Shown here piece by piece: positions 24,390 to 38,099 of a stretch of 64,000 nucleotides of DNA. The DNA comes from Eledone cirrhosa. Its lineage: Eukaryota. Location: the NCBI GenBank assembly GCA_964016885.1, contig OZ024764.1, positions 5,766,001-5,830,000 on the forward strand, given 5' to 3'. Position numbers and translations under genes: made by a program. The notes below the pieces were generated by a model. That model saw only the letters and a list, made by a program, of their open reading frames with translations. It did no database searches and was not told the DNA's origin. The first letter of the stretch is position 1. Each line of letters opens with the position of its first letter.

Positions 24390-27375
24390 GGTGTTTACCC
24401 CTGGTTTCTTTAGTGTAAAGTGAGAGTAGATGACACTCCCCTGGACATGACACCAGTCTATCACAGGATTAACTCCCCAGCTCATTACCCCTGGTTTCTT
24501 TAGTGTAAAGTGAGTGAGAGTACAAGACACTCCCCTGGACATGACACCAGTCTATCACAGGATTAACTCTCCAGCTCATTACCCCTGGTTTCTTTAGTGT
24601 AAAGTGAGAGTACAAGACACTCCCCTGGACATGACACCAGTCTATCACAGGATTAACTCCCCAGCTCATTACCCCTGGTTTCTTTAGTGTAAAGTGAGTG
24701 AGAGTACAAGACACTCCCCTGGACATGACACCAGTCTATCACAGGATTAACTCCCCAGCTCATTACCCCTGGTTTCTTTAGTGTAAAGTGAGAGTAGATG
24801 ACACTCCCCTGGACATGACACCAGTCTATCACAGGATTAACTCCCCAGCTCATTACCCCTGGTTTCTTTAGTGTAAAGTGAGTGAGAGTACAAGACACTC
24901 CCCTGGACATGACACCAGTCTATCACAGGATTAACTCCCCAGCTCATTACCCCTGGTTTCTTTAGTGTAAAGTGAGTGAGAGTACAAGACACTCCCCTGG
25001 ACATGACACCAGTCTATCACAGGATTAACTCTCCAGCTCATTACCCCTGGTTTCTTTAGTGTAAAGTGAGTGAGAGTACAAGACACTCCCCTGGACATGA
25101 CACCAGTCTATCACAGGATTAACTCCCCAGCTCATTACCCCTGGTTTCTTTAGTGTAAAGTGAGTGAGAGTACAAGACACTCCCCTGGACATGACACCAG
25201 TCTATCACAGGATTAACTCTCCAGCTCATTACCCCTGGTTTCTTTAGTGTAAAGTGAGTGAGAGTACAAGACACTCCCCTGGACATGACACCAGTCTATC
25301 ACAGGATTAACTCCCCAGCTCATTACCCCTGGTTTCTTTAGTGTAAAGTGAGTGAGAGTACAAGACACTCCCCTGGACATGACACCAGTCTATCACAGGA
25401 TTAACTCCCCAGCTCATTACCCCTGGTTTCTTTAGTGTAAAGTGAGAGTAGATGACACTCCCCTGGACATGACACCAGTCTATCACAGGATTAACTCCCC
25501 AGCTCATTACCCCTGGTTTCTTTAGTGTAAAGTGAGTGAGAGTACAAGACACTCCCCTGGACATGACACCAGTCTATCACAGGATTAACTCCCCAGCTCA
25601 TTACCCCTGGTTTCTTTAGTGTAAAGTGAGTGAGAGTACAAGACACTCCCCTGGACATGACACCAGTCTATCACAGGATTAACTCCCCAGCTCATTACCC
25701 CTGGTTTCTTTAGTGTAAAGTGAGTGAGAGTACAAGACACTCCCCTGGACATGACACCAGTCTATCACAGGATTAACTCTCCAGCTCATTACCCCTGGTT
25801 TCTTTAGTGTAAAGTGAGTGAGAGTACAAGACACTCCCCTGGACATGACACCAGTCTATCACAGGATTAACTCCCCAGCTCATTACCCCTGGTTTCTTTA
25901 GTGTAAAGTGAGTGAGAGTAGATGACACTCCCCTGGACATGACACCAGTCTATCACAGGATTAACTCTCCAGCTCATTACCCCTGGTTTCTTTAGTGTAA
26001 AGTGAGTGAGAGTACAAGACACTCCCCTGGACATGACACCAGTCTATCACAGGATTAACTCCCCAGCTCATTACCCCTGGTTTCTTTAGTGTAAAGTGAG
26101 TGAGAGTACAAGACACTCCCCTGGACATGACACCAGTCTATCACAGGATTAACTCCCCAGCTCATTACCCCTGGTTTCTTTAGTGTAAAGTGAGTGAGAG
26201 TACAAGACACTCCCCTGGACATGACACCAGTCTATCACAGGATTAACTCCCCAGCTCATTACCCCTGGTTTCTTTAGTGTAAAGTGAGTGAGAGTACAAG
26301 ACACTCCCCTGGACATGACACCAGTCTATCACAGGATTAACTCCCCAGCTCATTACCCCTGGTTTCTTTAGTGTAAAGTGAGTGAGAGTACAAGACACTC
26401 CCCTGGACATGACACCAGTCTATCACAGGATTAACTCCCCAGCTCATTACCCCTGGTTTCTTTAGTGTAAAGTGAGTGAGAGTACAAGACACTCCCCTGG
26501 ACATGACACCAGTCTATCACAGGATTAACTCCCCAGCTCATTACCCCTGGTTTCTTTAGTGTAAAGTGAGTGAGAGTACAAGACACTCCCCTGGACATGA
26601 CACCAGTCTATCACAGGATTAACTCCCCAGCTCATTACCCCTGGTTTCTTTAGTGTAAAGTGAGTGAGAGTACAAGACACTCCCCTGGACATGACACCAG
26701 TCTATCACAGGATTAACTCCCCAGCTCATTACCCCTGGTTTCTTTAGTGTAAAGTGAGTGAGAGTACAAGACACTCCCCTGGACATGACACCAGTCTATC
26801 ACAGGATTAACTCCCCAGCTCATTACCCCTGGTTTCTTTAGTGTAAAGTGAGTGAGAGTACAAGACACTCCCCTGGACATGACACCAGTCTATCACAGGA
26901 TTAACTCCCCAGCTCATTACCCCTGGTTTCTTTAGTGTAAAGTGAGAGTAGATGACACTCCCCTGGACATGACACCAGTCTATCACAGGATTAACTCTCC
27001 AGCTCATTACCCCTGGTTTCTTTAGTGTAAAGTGAGTGAGAGTACAAGACACTCCCCTGGACATGACACCAGTCTATCACAGGATTAACTCCCCAGCTCA
27101 TTACCCCTGGTTTCTTTAGTGTAAAGTGAGAGTAGATGACACTCCCCTGGACATGACACCAGTCTATCACAGGATTAACTCTCCAGCTCATTACCCCTGG
27201 TTTCTTTAGTGTAAAGTGAGTGAGAGTACAAGACACTCCCCTGGACATGACACCAGTCTATCACAGGATTAACTCCCCAGCTCATTACCCCTGGTTTCTT
27301 TAGTGTAAAGTGAGTGAGAGTACAAGACACTCCCCTGGACATGACACCAGTCTATCACAGGATTAACTCTCCAGC
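24390..27375. repeat. 94/90-bp tandem array (about 32 copies) inside a SINE-like element
   Basis: Unit TTACCCCTGGTTTCTTTAGTGTAAAGTGAGTGAGAGTACAAGACACTCCCCTGGACATGACACCAGTCTATCACAGGATTAACTCCCCAGCTCA. Flanks continue the element seen at 24040-24220. Confidence 0.95.
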
Positions 27376-27836
27376 TACAGCTGCTGGTACTCATCTCAAC
27401 TGAGTGTACTGGAGCAATATGGAATATGACCCCAACACAGCTCCCTGTCCATGACACTATGATAGTACGCCCAGCACCCTCACCATCACTCAATGTGGCT
27501 ATACTCTAAACAGTGGCTATTAACATATATTTGCAATCATGTCATTTGAAATAAGTCATTTTAAGCTCAGAAGTAAAACTTTCTGTAAAGATGTCCTCAT
27601 GTATAAGACCCCCACATTGTTGTCCTAAAATTCCATTCAATATTTTTCGTATTATACATGAGAAAATATGGCAAATGTGTACATACACATGCACATATAT
27701 ATATATGTATGTATATAAGTCTGTTTATTCATTTTTCTTCTTACAACATAGCTATGATGTTTCAGCAAAGCAATTTGATATTTCACTCAGCTTTCTCAGA
27801 GAAACAATGTGATATCTTTGTTTATCATTTATATAT

Positions 27837-27871
<35 letters not shown>

Positions 27872-27976
27872 AATATATATATATTGGGGGTGGTGGTGGT
27901 GTTAGGCGAGCATGTGGGTGTAGTTGTGTGTATGTATATATACACACACACATATATACATATGTATGTATATATC

Positions 27977-28033
<57 letters not shown>

Positions 28034-28037
<4 letters not shown>

Positions 28038-28165
28038 GTTTCTACGTTAGGCACAAGGCCAGCAATTACCCAGTGCATTACTGGTACTTCATGTATATAT
28101 ATATATATAATTGTTTCTACGTTAGGCACAAGGCCAGCAATTACCCAGTGCATTACTGGTACTTC

Positions 28166-28209
<44 letters not shown>

Positions 28210-28265
28210 GTTTCTACGTTAGGCACAAGGCCAGCAATTACCCAGTGCATTACTGGTACTTCATG
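28034..28265 (-). repeat. Three copies of the SINE family 3 tail separated by (TA)n
   Basis: AATTGTTTCTACGTTAGGCACAAGGCCAGCAATTACCCAGTGCATTACTGGTACTTCATG three times. Confidence 0.85.
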
Positions 28266-28328
28266 TATATATATATATAATATTCGTCGCCCAGTCATCC
28301 ATATTTTTCCATAAAAATCTCTTTTATC

Positions 28329-28362
<34 letters not shown>

Positions 28363-28616
28363 TCAGTGCTCCTTTGGGAGCCCCTACATGGACACACTAG
28401 AAGAGGAAGACCAAGGTTAACATATGTTGATGCCCTAAGGACAGACACTGGTCTGTTGGAGACGCAGGACATGGCAGCGATAATAAGGGACAGAGACCGC
28501 TGGAGAGAACTCGTCCATGGATCTCGGGAATTTTACCCGCTTTAGATAGATAGATATACACACACATATACATATATATATATATGTATGTATATGTGTG
28601 TGTATATATGTATGTA

Positions 28617-28649
<33 letters not shown>

Positions 28650-28792
28650 GTATCTAGCACCCAACTATAATGTCAAAGTAGGGATCTGTACGATTTTATG
28701 AGAGGTAAATGTGAAAAGAGAGAGATAGAGGAAGAGAGAAAGAGAGAGGTGTATGAGATGGTGGTGGTGGTGGTGGGGGTGGGGGTTGGGGG

Positions 28793-28909
28793 TCATGAGT
28801 TGTAGAGATCTTGGCAGTGGCGACTCTCGTTCATGTCGTTACCAACGGCATCAATGATGTCCAACAGCAACTCCCGCTTGAGGTTTCGAATCTGGGGCAG
28901 ACGAGCGAC
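28793..28909 (-). CDS. LZTR1: LZTR1 terminal coding exon (VARLPQIRNLKRELLLDIIDAVG...LYNS*)
   Basis: Acceptor TTTTCCCAG, TGA stop. Matches the human C-terminus [22 protein letters not shown]. Confidence 0.92.
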   Translation of the reverse strand, partial: VARLPQIRNLKRELLLDIIDAVGNDMNESRHCQDLYNS

Positions 28910-29217
28910 CTGGGAAAACATCGGAGAAAGAGAGAATGTGCTAGAAATATATAAAGGGCAAAGGATAACAAATAAAACAGAACAAAGTAAACACAAATTT
29001 AAATAATTTTGAAAGCCAAACAATGCACTAGAAAGAAAATTAAATCGCTAAGATAACAAAAGAATCTTACCTTAGCAAATTTAATAATCCCAATTTTGGG
29101 GTTTAAAAACCCTTTATCAAGGGAGTAACCATATGAGAGACTTAAAAGGTTGATCGGAGTTGACTTGTTTGTTTGGAGCAGATTTAAATGAAATGAAAAG
29201 ATATCACACACATACAT

Positions 29218-29648
29218 GGAGGCACATGGCTTAGTGGTTAGAGCATTGGCCTTGCAATCGAAAGGTTGTGAGTTCAATTCTCAGACCGGGAGATGAGTTG
29301 TTTCCTTGAGCAAGACACTTTATTTCACATTGCTCCAGTTTACTCAGCTGTAGAAATGAGATGATAGGGACTGGGGTCCCTATCATCCTACAGCAAAGTG
29401 GTCGTGGAGGTGCCACGGCAAAATGGCACCCAGCCCACACTGTAAAGTGGTCGTGGAGGTGCCATGGCAAAAAAGCCCCCAGCCCACACACCAAAGTGGA
29501 CGTGTAGGTGCTACGTAAAAAAAGCACCCAGCACTCACTGTAAATGAGGTTGGTGTTAGGAAGGGCATCCAGCTGTAGAAATCAACCCAGAATCAGTTCC
29601 CGTCCCGCCCTTGCAAGCAGGGAAAAGCGGACGTAAAATGATGATGAT
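29218..29648 (+). mobile_element. SINE family 1 copy with internal about 48-bp triplication
   Basis: Same head and tail as the 11262 copy. Confidence 0.9.
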
Positions 29649-29934
29649 AAGTCCCCAACTTACAAACAGTCCAAGAAGGCATTCATTAATTGAGTTGTCT
29701 AACACAGTACGTTACAGTAAGCCCATATATGGTACTGCAGGTTTCCATATATACTGCAGGTTTCCACACAGTATATAGAGGTATATATATAGTATATAAA
29801 GGTACATATAACATGTAATAATATATATATATATATGCAGGTGTATCAATATTTGTGTATGTATATGTATGTCTATATATATATATATAGTAATAAACAC
29901 AGTAAATTGTGTGTTTAAAATTACGAGGGTTATA

Positions 29935-29968
<34 letters not shown>

Positions 29969-30009
29969 ATAATAAACACAGTAAATTGTGTGTTTAAAAT
30001 TACGAGGGT

Positions 30010-30540
30010 TAATAATAATGAAATTATTGTGTAAAGTGCTCAGGTGCACTACAACTCGTCAATATAGTACATAGAATAATACACAAATGTCAGGGAAGTA
30101 CATGTGTGTATGTGTTAGCTGTTCTGTTGGCGGATCTCGGGAAGCATGGAGGCCTTAAAGGATGCAGTGTCTCGACAGCTAACAACTGATGCAGGTAGTT
30201 TGTTCCATGGAGGCCTTAAAGGATGCAGTGTCTCGACAGCTAACAACTGAAGCAAGTAGTTTGTCCCATGGAGGATTTAAAGGATGCAGTGTCTCGACAG
30301 CTAACAACTGATGCAGGGAGTTTGTTCCATGGAGGCCTTAAAGGATGCAGTGTCTCGACAGCTAACAACTGATGCAGGGAGTTTGTTCCATGCTTCAGCA
30401 ACTCTGAGCGTGAAAAAATGTTTCTGAAAGTCATGGGAACTGTGCTGTTTTCTTACTTTGTGGGCATGTCCACGTGTGTTAGACACATGGAAATCGAAAA
30501 GGTACTCAGGGTTGTTGTTGGCAACATGGTTAAGATACCA
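30010..30540 (-). mobile_element. CR1/L2-group LINE 3' end with (TTA)n tail and internal about 61-bp repeats
   Basis: NTRGHAHKV..HFFTLRVAEAWNKLPASVVS motif. The 3' UTR is the same as the unit amplified at 56878. Confidence 0.8.
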
Positions 30541-30924
30541 CGTTGGTTTGACAGATTTAACCTGAAGCAAACGGAAAATACAGGATAAAGAGTAAAATGT
30601 ACTGACTGTTTTAATAACTATTTCATCTACCGGATAGATTAGAGACTTAACCTCTTTCGCCCAGAGAATTGTGTTTGTAACAGATAACCCTTAGGCATCA
30701 TCAGTGAGAGATAAGATCAAATGTGACAAACACCGAAAACTAAAAGCTACACGAATGAATATTTCACTTTGTGCGCAAGAAGTCCAAAATGGCTAGAAAC
30801 AATAGCCCAAATACACCCAATTTATAAGCTCACCAAGTTAGGGAGCCGAAATTCAAATACGAGGCAGAGTTAATAATTCATATTAATACCCTCTTTCCAG
30901 TCGACATTATCACCCTTTCCTTCC

Positions 30925-32125
30925 TCAGTCGACATTATCTGGTGGGCCCTCAGAAAACTAGGTGTTGATGAATGGCTTGAGAGAGCTATACAAGCCATGT
31001 ATAAAGAAACAGTCAGCAAGGTTAGAATTAACAATGAATATAGTGAAGAATTTAGTGTAAAGGTAGGTGTTCATCAAGGCTCTGTCCTTAGCCCCCTCCT
31101 ATTTATCATTGCTCTTCAGGCTATAACAGAGGGGTTTAAGACTGGCTGCCCATGGGAACTTTTATATGTAGATTATCTAACTGAATCCATGGCTGAATTA
31201 GAGAAGAAATCCATGGCTGAATCCATGGGGAACTAGAGAAGAAATACCAAACATAGAAGCATGGCCTAGACTCAAAAGACCTTAAAGTTAACTTGTCTAA
31301 GACTAAAGTTCTAGTATGTAGAAAGGAAAATAGGGCACAGGTGCCCTCTGGGAAATGGCCATGCTCAGTGTGTAGGAAAGGAGTAGGTAGAAATTCCATT
31401 CTATGTCCCAAATGCAAACTATGGGTACATAAAAGATGTAGTGGGATCACAGGTAAACTATCTAAGAACGTAGATTTATATGTGGCCGATGCTGAGGTGC
31501 AGTAATTAGCAAGGACCCACTGGATGGTATCTCCTTCAACTGCCCAGATGGTTCTATAGAAATAGTAAGCACTCTCCATTACCCGGGTGACAAAATCAGG
31601 AGTGGAGGAGGGTGCTCTGAAAGTACAGCAGCCAGAGTTAGAACGGGATGGAAAAAGTTCAGAGAGCTAATACCACTATTGGACGCTAAAGGTTTCTCTC
31701 TAAAAACGAAAAGCAGATTGTATGATGCCTGCATATGAACAGCAATGTTACATGGTAGTGAGACATGGGTGTTGTGTACTGAAGACCTGCATAGATTAGA
31801 AAGAAATGAAGCTTGCATGTTCCGATGGATGTGTAATAGTAATGTGCGTGAACGGCAAAGCATAAACGAATTGAGAGAGAGACTAAGCATAAGAGGTATC
31901 AAATGTGTGTGCAGCAGAGGAGATTGCGTTGGTGTGGCATGTGATGCATATGAAGGACGACTGCTGTATAAAAAGGTGCAGGGCAATGAAAGTTGATGGG
32001 TAGACCGAGAAAAACCTGGGACGAGGTGATAAAAACTGACCTAGCTCACCTACACCTCTCTAAAGCAATGACACTGGATCAAGATCTTTGGTGCCATGCA
32101 GTAATACAGAAGACCCGCCTTGCCT
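30925..32125 (+). mobile_element. Degenerate RTE LINE ORF2 3' half
   Basis: VGVHQGSVLSPLLF..ELLY; CSVCRKGVGRNSILCPKCKLWVHKRCSG; LHGSETW; GRPRKTW. Confidence 0.92.
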
Positions 32126-32219
32126 TACATACAAACCTACAGTCAGTAGGCACCTCTTAACCCAATATACACCCCACCACACCCTACCCCATTCTCCCAT
32201 TTCCGTCCACTGTGTCAAT

Positions 32220-32820
32220 CACACACTGTAAGGTGGCCTTGTAGGTGACATGGTAAGAAGGCTCCCAGTCCACACTGTAAGGTGGTCATGTAGGAGACAC
32301 GGTAAGAAGGCTCCCAGTCCACACTGTAAGGTGGCCTTGTAGGTGACATGGTAAGAAGGCTCCCAGTCCACACTGTAAGGTGGTCATGTAGGAGACACGG
32401 TAAGAAGGCTCCCAGTCCACACTGTAAGGTGGCCTTGTAGGTGACATGGTAAGAAGGCTCCCAGTCCACACTGTAAGGTGGTCATGTAGGAGACATGATA
32501 AAAAGGCTCCCAGTCCACACTGTAAAGTGGTCATGTAGGAGACAGGGTAAAAAGACTCCCAGTCCACACTGTAAAGTGGTCATGTAGGAGACACAGTAAA
32601 AAGGCTCCCAGTCCACACTGTAAAGTGGTCATGTAGGTGACACGGTAAAAAGGCTCCCAGTCCACACTGTAAAGTGGTTGTGTAGGAGACAGGGTAAAAA
32701 GGCTCCCAACCCACACTGTAAAGTGGTCATGTAGGTGACACGATAAAAAGGCTCCCAGTCCACACTGTAAAGTGGTTGTGTAGGAGACAGGGTAAGAAGG
32801 CTCCCAATCCACAATGTAAA
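32220..32820. repeat. 49-bp minisatellite from a SINE internal segment, about 12 copies
   Basis: Unit CACACTGTAAGGTGGTCATGTAGGAGACACGGTAAGAAGGCTCCCAGTC. Confidence 0.92.
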
Positions 32821-32967
32821 TGTGGTTGGTGTTAGGAAGGGCATCCATCTGTAAAAAACCTGCCAGAGACACTTCCATACGAGTGACACACGGTCTCCCG
32901 ACCAATCCCGCATCAAATGGAACAAAACCATCTAACCCATTCTAACATGGAAGATATATATATGTGA

Positions 32968-33170
32968 AGGCATGTGACTGAGTGGTTAGAGAATTGGATT
33001 CGCAATTGTGAGGTTGTTAGTTCGATTCTTGGACCAGGCGATGTGTTATGTCCTTCAGCAAGACACTTTATTTCACGCTGCTTCTTCTACCTGGAGTTGC
33101 GACCAATAGATAGTATTAGCAATTGGAAAGACCAATGGAAACATTGTTTCCTCGGTCCGATTTGATGAAA
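32968..33170 (+). mobile_element. tRNA-derived SINE family 2
   Basis: TGACTGAGTGGTTAGAG...GTTCGATTC head. Paralog at 60024-60230. Confidence 0.8.
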
Positions 33171-33522
33171 AATCAATCAACTGTCGTATATATATATATA
33201 TAATCATCATCATCATTTTACGTCCGCTTTTCCCTGCTTGCAAGGGTTGGACGGGTCCTATTCAGCACAGCATCTCTCCACTTGTCACGGTCCTTCGTCA
33301 TCTCCTCAGTGAGCTTCAGCAATCTGAGGTCTGCCCTCACCACCTGCGCCCATGTTTTTCGTGGTCTTCCTCTACTGCGTCTTCCCTCAACTGGGATATA
33401 TATATATATATATATCATCATCATCAACATCACCTGCAACACTACTCAACAAAGACCTGGTGAAACAATGTACGTGATATGCAACAAAGGGTGTAGAACT
33501 AGTTCCGGACTAAAAAAACACA

Positions 33523-35355
33523 TGGTGACCCCACCGGTCCTGAGGAAAGCACAACTCTCTTCTGTCACCTGTGTCGTAAACCATGTAGATCTACAGCTGG
33601 CCTACAAAGTCACCTACAAAGTCCCACAGGGTGACCCCACCAGTCCTGAGGAAAGCACAACTCTCTTCTGTCACCTGTGTCGTAAACCATGTAGATCTAC
33701 AGCTGGCCTACAAAGTCCCACAGGGTGACCCCACCAGTCCTGAGGAAAGCACAACTCTCTTCTGTCACCTGTGTCGTAAACCATGTAGATCTACAGCTGG
33801 CCTACAAAGTCCCACAGGGTGACCCCACCAGTCCTGTGGAAAGCACAACTCTCTTCTGTCACCTGTGTCGTAAACCATGTAGATCTACAGCTGGCCTACA
33901 AAGTCACCTACAAAGTCCCACAGGGTGACCCCACCAGTCCTGTGGAAAGCACAACTCTCTTCTGTCACCTGTGTCGTAAACCATGTAGATCTACAGCTGG
34001 CCTACAAAGTCACCTACAAAGTCCCACAGGGTGACCCCACCAGTCCTGAGGAAAGCACAACTCTCTTCTGTCACCTGTGTCGTAAACCATGTAGATCTAC
34101 AGCTGGCCTACAAAGTCCCACATGGTGACCCCACCAGTCCTGAGGAAAGCACAACTCTCTTCTGTCACCTGTGTCGTAAACCATGTAGATCTACAGCTGG
34201 CCTACAAAGTCACCTACAAAGTCCCACAGGGTGACCCCACCAGTCCTGTGGAAAGCACAACTCTCTTCTGTCACCTGTGTCGTAAACCATGTAGATCTAC
34301 AGCTGGCCTACAGCTGGCCTACAAAGTCCCACAGGGTGACCCCACCAGTCCTGAGGAAAGCACAACTCTCTTCTGTCACCTGTGTCGTAAACCATGTAGA
34401 TCTACAGCTGGCCTACAAAGTCACCTACAAAGTCCCACAGGGTGACCCCACCAGTCCTGAGGAAAGCACAACTCTCTTCTGTCACCTGTGTCGTAAACCA
34501 TGTAGATCTACAGCTGGCCTACAAAGTCCCACAGGGTGACCCCACCAGTCCTGTGGAAAGCACAACTCTCTTCTGTCACCTGTGTCGTAAACCATGTAGA
34601 TCTACAGCTGGCCTACAAAGTCACCTACAAAGTCCCACAGGGTGACCCCACCAGTCCTGAGGAAAGCACAACTCTCTTCTGTCACCTGTGTCGTAAACCA
34701 TGTAGATCTACAGCTGGCCTACAAAGTCCCACAGGGTGACCCCACCAGTCCTGTGGAAAGCACAACTCTCTTCTGTCACCTGTGTCGTAAACCATGTAGA
34801 TCTACAGCTGGCCTACAAAGTCACCTACAAAGTCCCACAGGGTGACCCCACCAGTCCTGAGGAAAGCACAACTCTCTTCTGTCACCTGTGTCGTAAACCA
34901 TGTAGATCTACAGCTGGCCTACAAAGTCCCACAGGGTGACCCCACCAGTCCTGTGGAAAGCACAACTCTCTTCTGTCACCTGTGTCGTAAACCATGTAGA
35001 TCTACAGCTGGCCTACAAAGTCACCTACAAAGTCCCACAGGGTGACCCCACCAGTCCTGTGGAAAGCACAACTCTCTTCTGTCACCTGTGTCGTAAACCA
35101 TGTAGATCTACAGCTGGCCTACAAAGTCACCTACAAAGTCCCACAGGGTGACCCCACCAGTCCTGTGGAAAGCACAACTCTCTTCTGTCACCTGTGTCGT
35201 AAACCATGTAGATCTACAGCTGGCCTACAAAGTCACCTACAAAGTCCCACAGGGTGACCCCACCAGTCCTGTGGAAAGCACAACTCTCTTCTGTCACCTG
35301 TGTCGTAAACCATGTAGATCTACAGCTGGCCTACAAAGTCACTTACGAAGTCATG
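33523..35355 (+). repeat. 94/106-bp tandem array (about 18 copies) of a C2H2 zinc-finger-coding segment
   Basis: Units encode FCHLCRKPCRSTAGLQS, and the last unit completes ..HLRSH. Unit lengths shift the frame each copy. Confidence 0.92.
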
Positions 35356-35477
35356 GATGCAGATGGGATGACAATGAAGAATCAATAAGAGACGGCAATC
35401 GTCTGTGGAAGCGCTGCAATCCTCATGTATATGTGTGTGTGTATGATGATGATGATGATGTGGAAAGAAGTACTTAC

Positions 35478-35762
35478 ATTGGGAAAGTTGTGAACGATAA
35501 TGTTGAGGGCATGTTTCTTCATGTCTGAAGCTTGGATCTTGTCTGCAGCCTCCAGGATCTGGACAACATTCTTAAACGACACATTCATTTCTAGGTTGTG
35601 CTTGCAGAACGCCTGCAACCTGTTGTTAGTGAAACCATAGAAATAGGGCGCTGAAAAGAGGTAGAGGGAATCTTCGGGAGGCATCGTGACATCTCCGTAG
35701 TAGATATATCGCATCAGACTGCGAAAAGCCTGCAACGACGGCACCATCTCTCCGATGGCTAT
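35478..35762 (-). CDS. LZTR1: LZTR1 exon (BTB2/BACK2: [13 protein letters not shown]...IIVHNFPN)
   Basis: TTCCAG|ATA acceptor, AAT|GTAAGT donor, 285 nt. Closely matches human [29 protein letters not shown]. Confidence 0.97.
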
Positions 35763-35819
35763 CTGGAATACAAAGAAAAAAAAACAAACACAGAAAACAT
35801 AAGGAAAGAATCCAATTGT

Positions 35820-36511
35820 CAGATCATCAGACCAAGGAAACAATGTTTCTATTGGTCTTTCCATTACTGATACTATCTGTCAGTCACAACTCCTGGCAGA
35901 AGAAAGGAGCTGATCATCAGATCAGACCAAGGAAACAATGTTTCCATTGGTCTTTCCATTACTGATACTATCTGTCAGTCACAACTCCTGACAGAAGAAA
36001 GGAGCTGATCATCAGATCAGACCAAGGAAACAATGTTTCCATTGGTCTTTCCATTACTGATACTATCTGTCAGTCACAACTCCTGGCAGAAGAAAGGAGC
36101 TGATCATCAGATCAGACCAAGGAAACAATGTTTCCATTGGTCTTTCCAATACTGATACTATCTGTCAGTCACAACTCCTGACAGAAGAAAGGAGTTGATC
36201 ATCAGATCAGACCAAGGAAACAATGTTTCCATTGGTCTTTCCATTACTGATACTATCTGTCAGTCACAACTCCTGGCAGAAGAAAGGAGCTGATCATCAG
36301 ATCAGACCAAGGAAACAATGTTTCCTTTGGTCTTTCCATTACTGATACTATCTGTCAGTCACAACTCCTGGCAGAAGAAAGGAGCTGATCATCAGATCAG
36401 ACCAAGGAAACAATGTTTCCATTGGTCTTTCCATTACTGATACTATCTGTCAGTCACAACTCCTGGCAGAAGAAAGGAGCTGAACATCAGATCAGACCAA
36501 GGAAACAATGT
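35820..36511. repeat. 95-bp tandem array (about 7 copies) from the SINE family 2 3' segment
   Basis: The unit is a reverse-complement homolog of 33080-33170. Confidence 0.9.
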
Positions 36512-36999
36512 CCTCCTGCCAACGGGTCCTGTCAGAAGCAACCATCTCCAATTGATCTGGTTGGATCCCCAAGCGGGACCAGCTGAGTTCATGAAGGTTA
36601 TCCAACCATCTTGCTCGGAGGTCTACCCATGAGTCTCCTGCTGGGTAGTAACGCTCATAAAATTCTTTCCTAATAAATTCTAATCACATGTCCGTAATAT
36701 CAGAGCTATGGTCTCTCAATTCGGAGAAGTAGCAGCTCTATCTGGAGTGACACTCTGATCTTCGAGATATGCACTCTATCGAATAATGTTACTTCAAAGG
36801 CCCTTTGGAGGAACCCCATTTTTGCTGCTACCTTAAATACCTAAATATGGCCCCAAACTGACGTTAGGAAGGGCATCTAGCTGTAGAAACCCAGCCAGAA
36901 ACAGTCCTATATGAGCAAGACACGGTCACCTGACCCAACTTACCTCATATGGGAGAACCCGTCTAACCCATGCTAGCGTGGAAAGTGGCCGTTAAACAA

Positions 37000-37033
<34 letters not shown>

Positions 37034-37053
37034 CTCAAAAAAGGCCTGCTTAC

Positions 37054-37232
37054 CTTGACTGTGTTGTCTTCAGGCATGAAAGACCTAAACATGGCCTCAA
37101 AATAGCTACTCCTGGCTGCCAAGATGGACTTGTGTGCAGGGATAGAGATTCCATCCAGGATGAGGATTATATCACAGAATTCCACCCCAACAACTTTTAG
37201 GAAGTTCTCCATGTCTTTCTCCAGAGTATTGG
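37054..37232 (-). CDS. LZTR1: LZTR1 exon (BTB2: [44 protein letters not shown])
   Basis: TGTAG acceptor, AAG|GTAAGC donor, 179 nt, phase 1 to 0. Confidence 0.97.
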
Positions 37233-37354
37233 CTACAACAACAACAACAGCATTAAGCACAATCACAGCCATAGTTAGAATTATAAACATCGTTAGATAA
37301 CTGAGATACAGGCTGGACAGAGAGATAGTAATGTAACTAACTTTCTCTTTATAA

Positions 37355-37760
37355 AGTTGGTGTTTGGAACATAACTTAACAAAGGTTCTTACATAAAATT
37401 ATGGTGAAAGGTTTTTAGATAAATATAAACACTTTAACCCTTTCATTACCATATTTCTAATGAAAGACACTGTTGGTGTTTGGAACATAACTTAACAAAG
37501 GTTCTTACATAAATACTTTAACCCTTTCATTACCATATTTCTAATGAAAGACACTGTTGGTGTTTGGAACATAACTTAACAAAGGTTCTTACATAAAATT
37601 ATGATGGAAGGTTTTTAGATAAATATAAACACTTTAACCCTTTCATTACAATATTTCTAATGAAAGACACTGTTGGTGTTTGGAACATAACTTAACAAAG
37701 GTTCTTACATAAATACTTTAACCCTTTCATTACCATATTTCTAATGAAAGACACTGTTGG
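37355..37760. repeat. Tandemly repeated piggyBac-MITE-like fragments
   Basis: TTAACCCTTTCATTACCATATTTC..TTGGTGTTTGGAACATAACTTAACAAAGG repeated 4 times. Family also present at 57.5-59.1 kb. Confidence 0.7.
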
Positions 37761-37885
37761 GGTTCTGCCCTTCCAACCCTTTATTTGACAAGATTTCTAC
37801 AGCTAGATACCCTTCATATCACCAACCACTTTACAGCATGTACACAGTGCATTTATTGTGAAGATAAACACCCTAAAATACTCAC

Positions 37886-38048
37886 AATTGTTGGGGTCAG
37901 TCTGGGGGTCAGGCAAAGTCCTGAACTGGGGCTGTTGTTTCCGTCTAATGATCTCAACCATCAAGGGCTGGTCCAAGATTTCAAACTCTTTACTCATTAT
38001 AATCTGGCTGTAGTTGCTCTCCTTCACAATGAACTTCAAACAGTATTC
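37886..38048 (-). CDS. LZTR1: LZTR1 exon ([33 protein letters not shown]..)
   Basis: CTACAG acceptor, T|GTGAGT donor, 163 nt. Confidence 0.96.
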
Positions 38049-38099
38049 CTGTAGAGAGAGAGAGAGAGATTAAGTGGGGGAGGGGGCAATGGTTTATAT

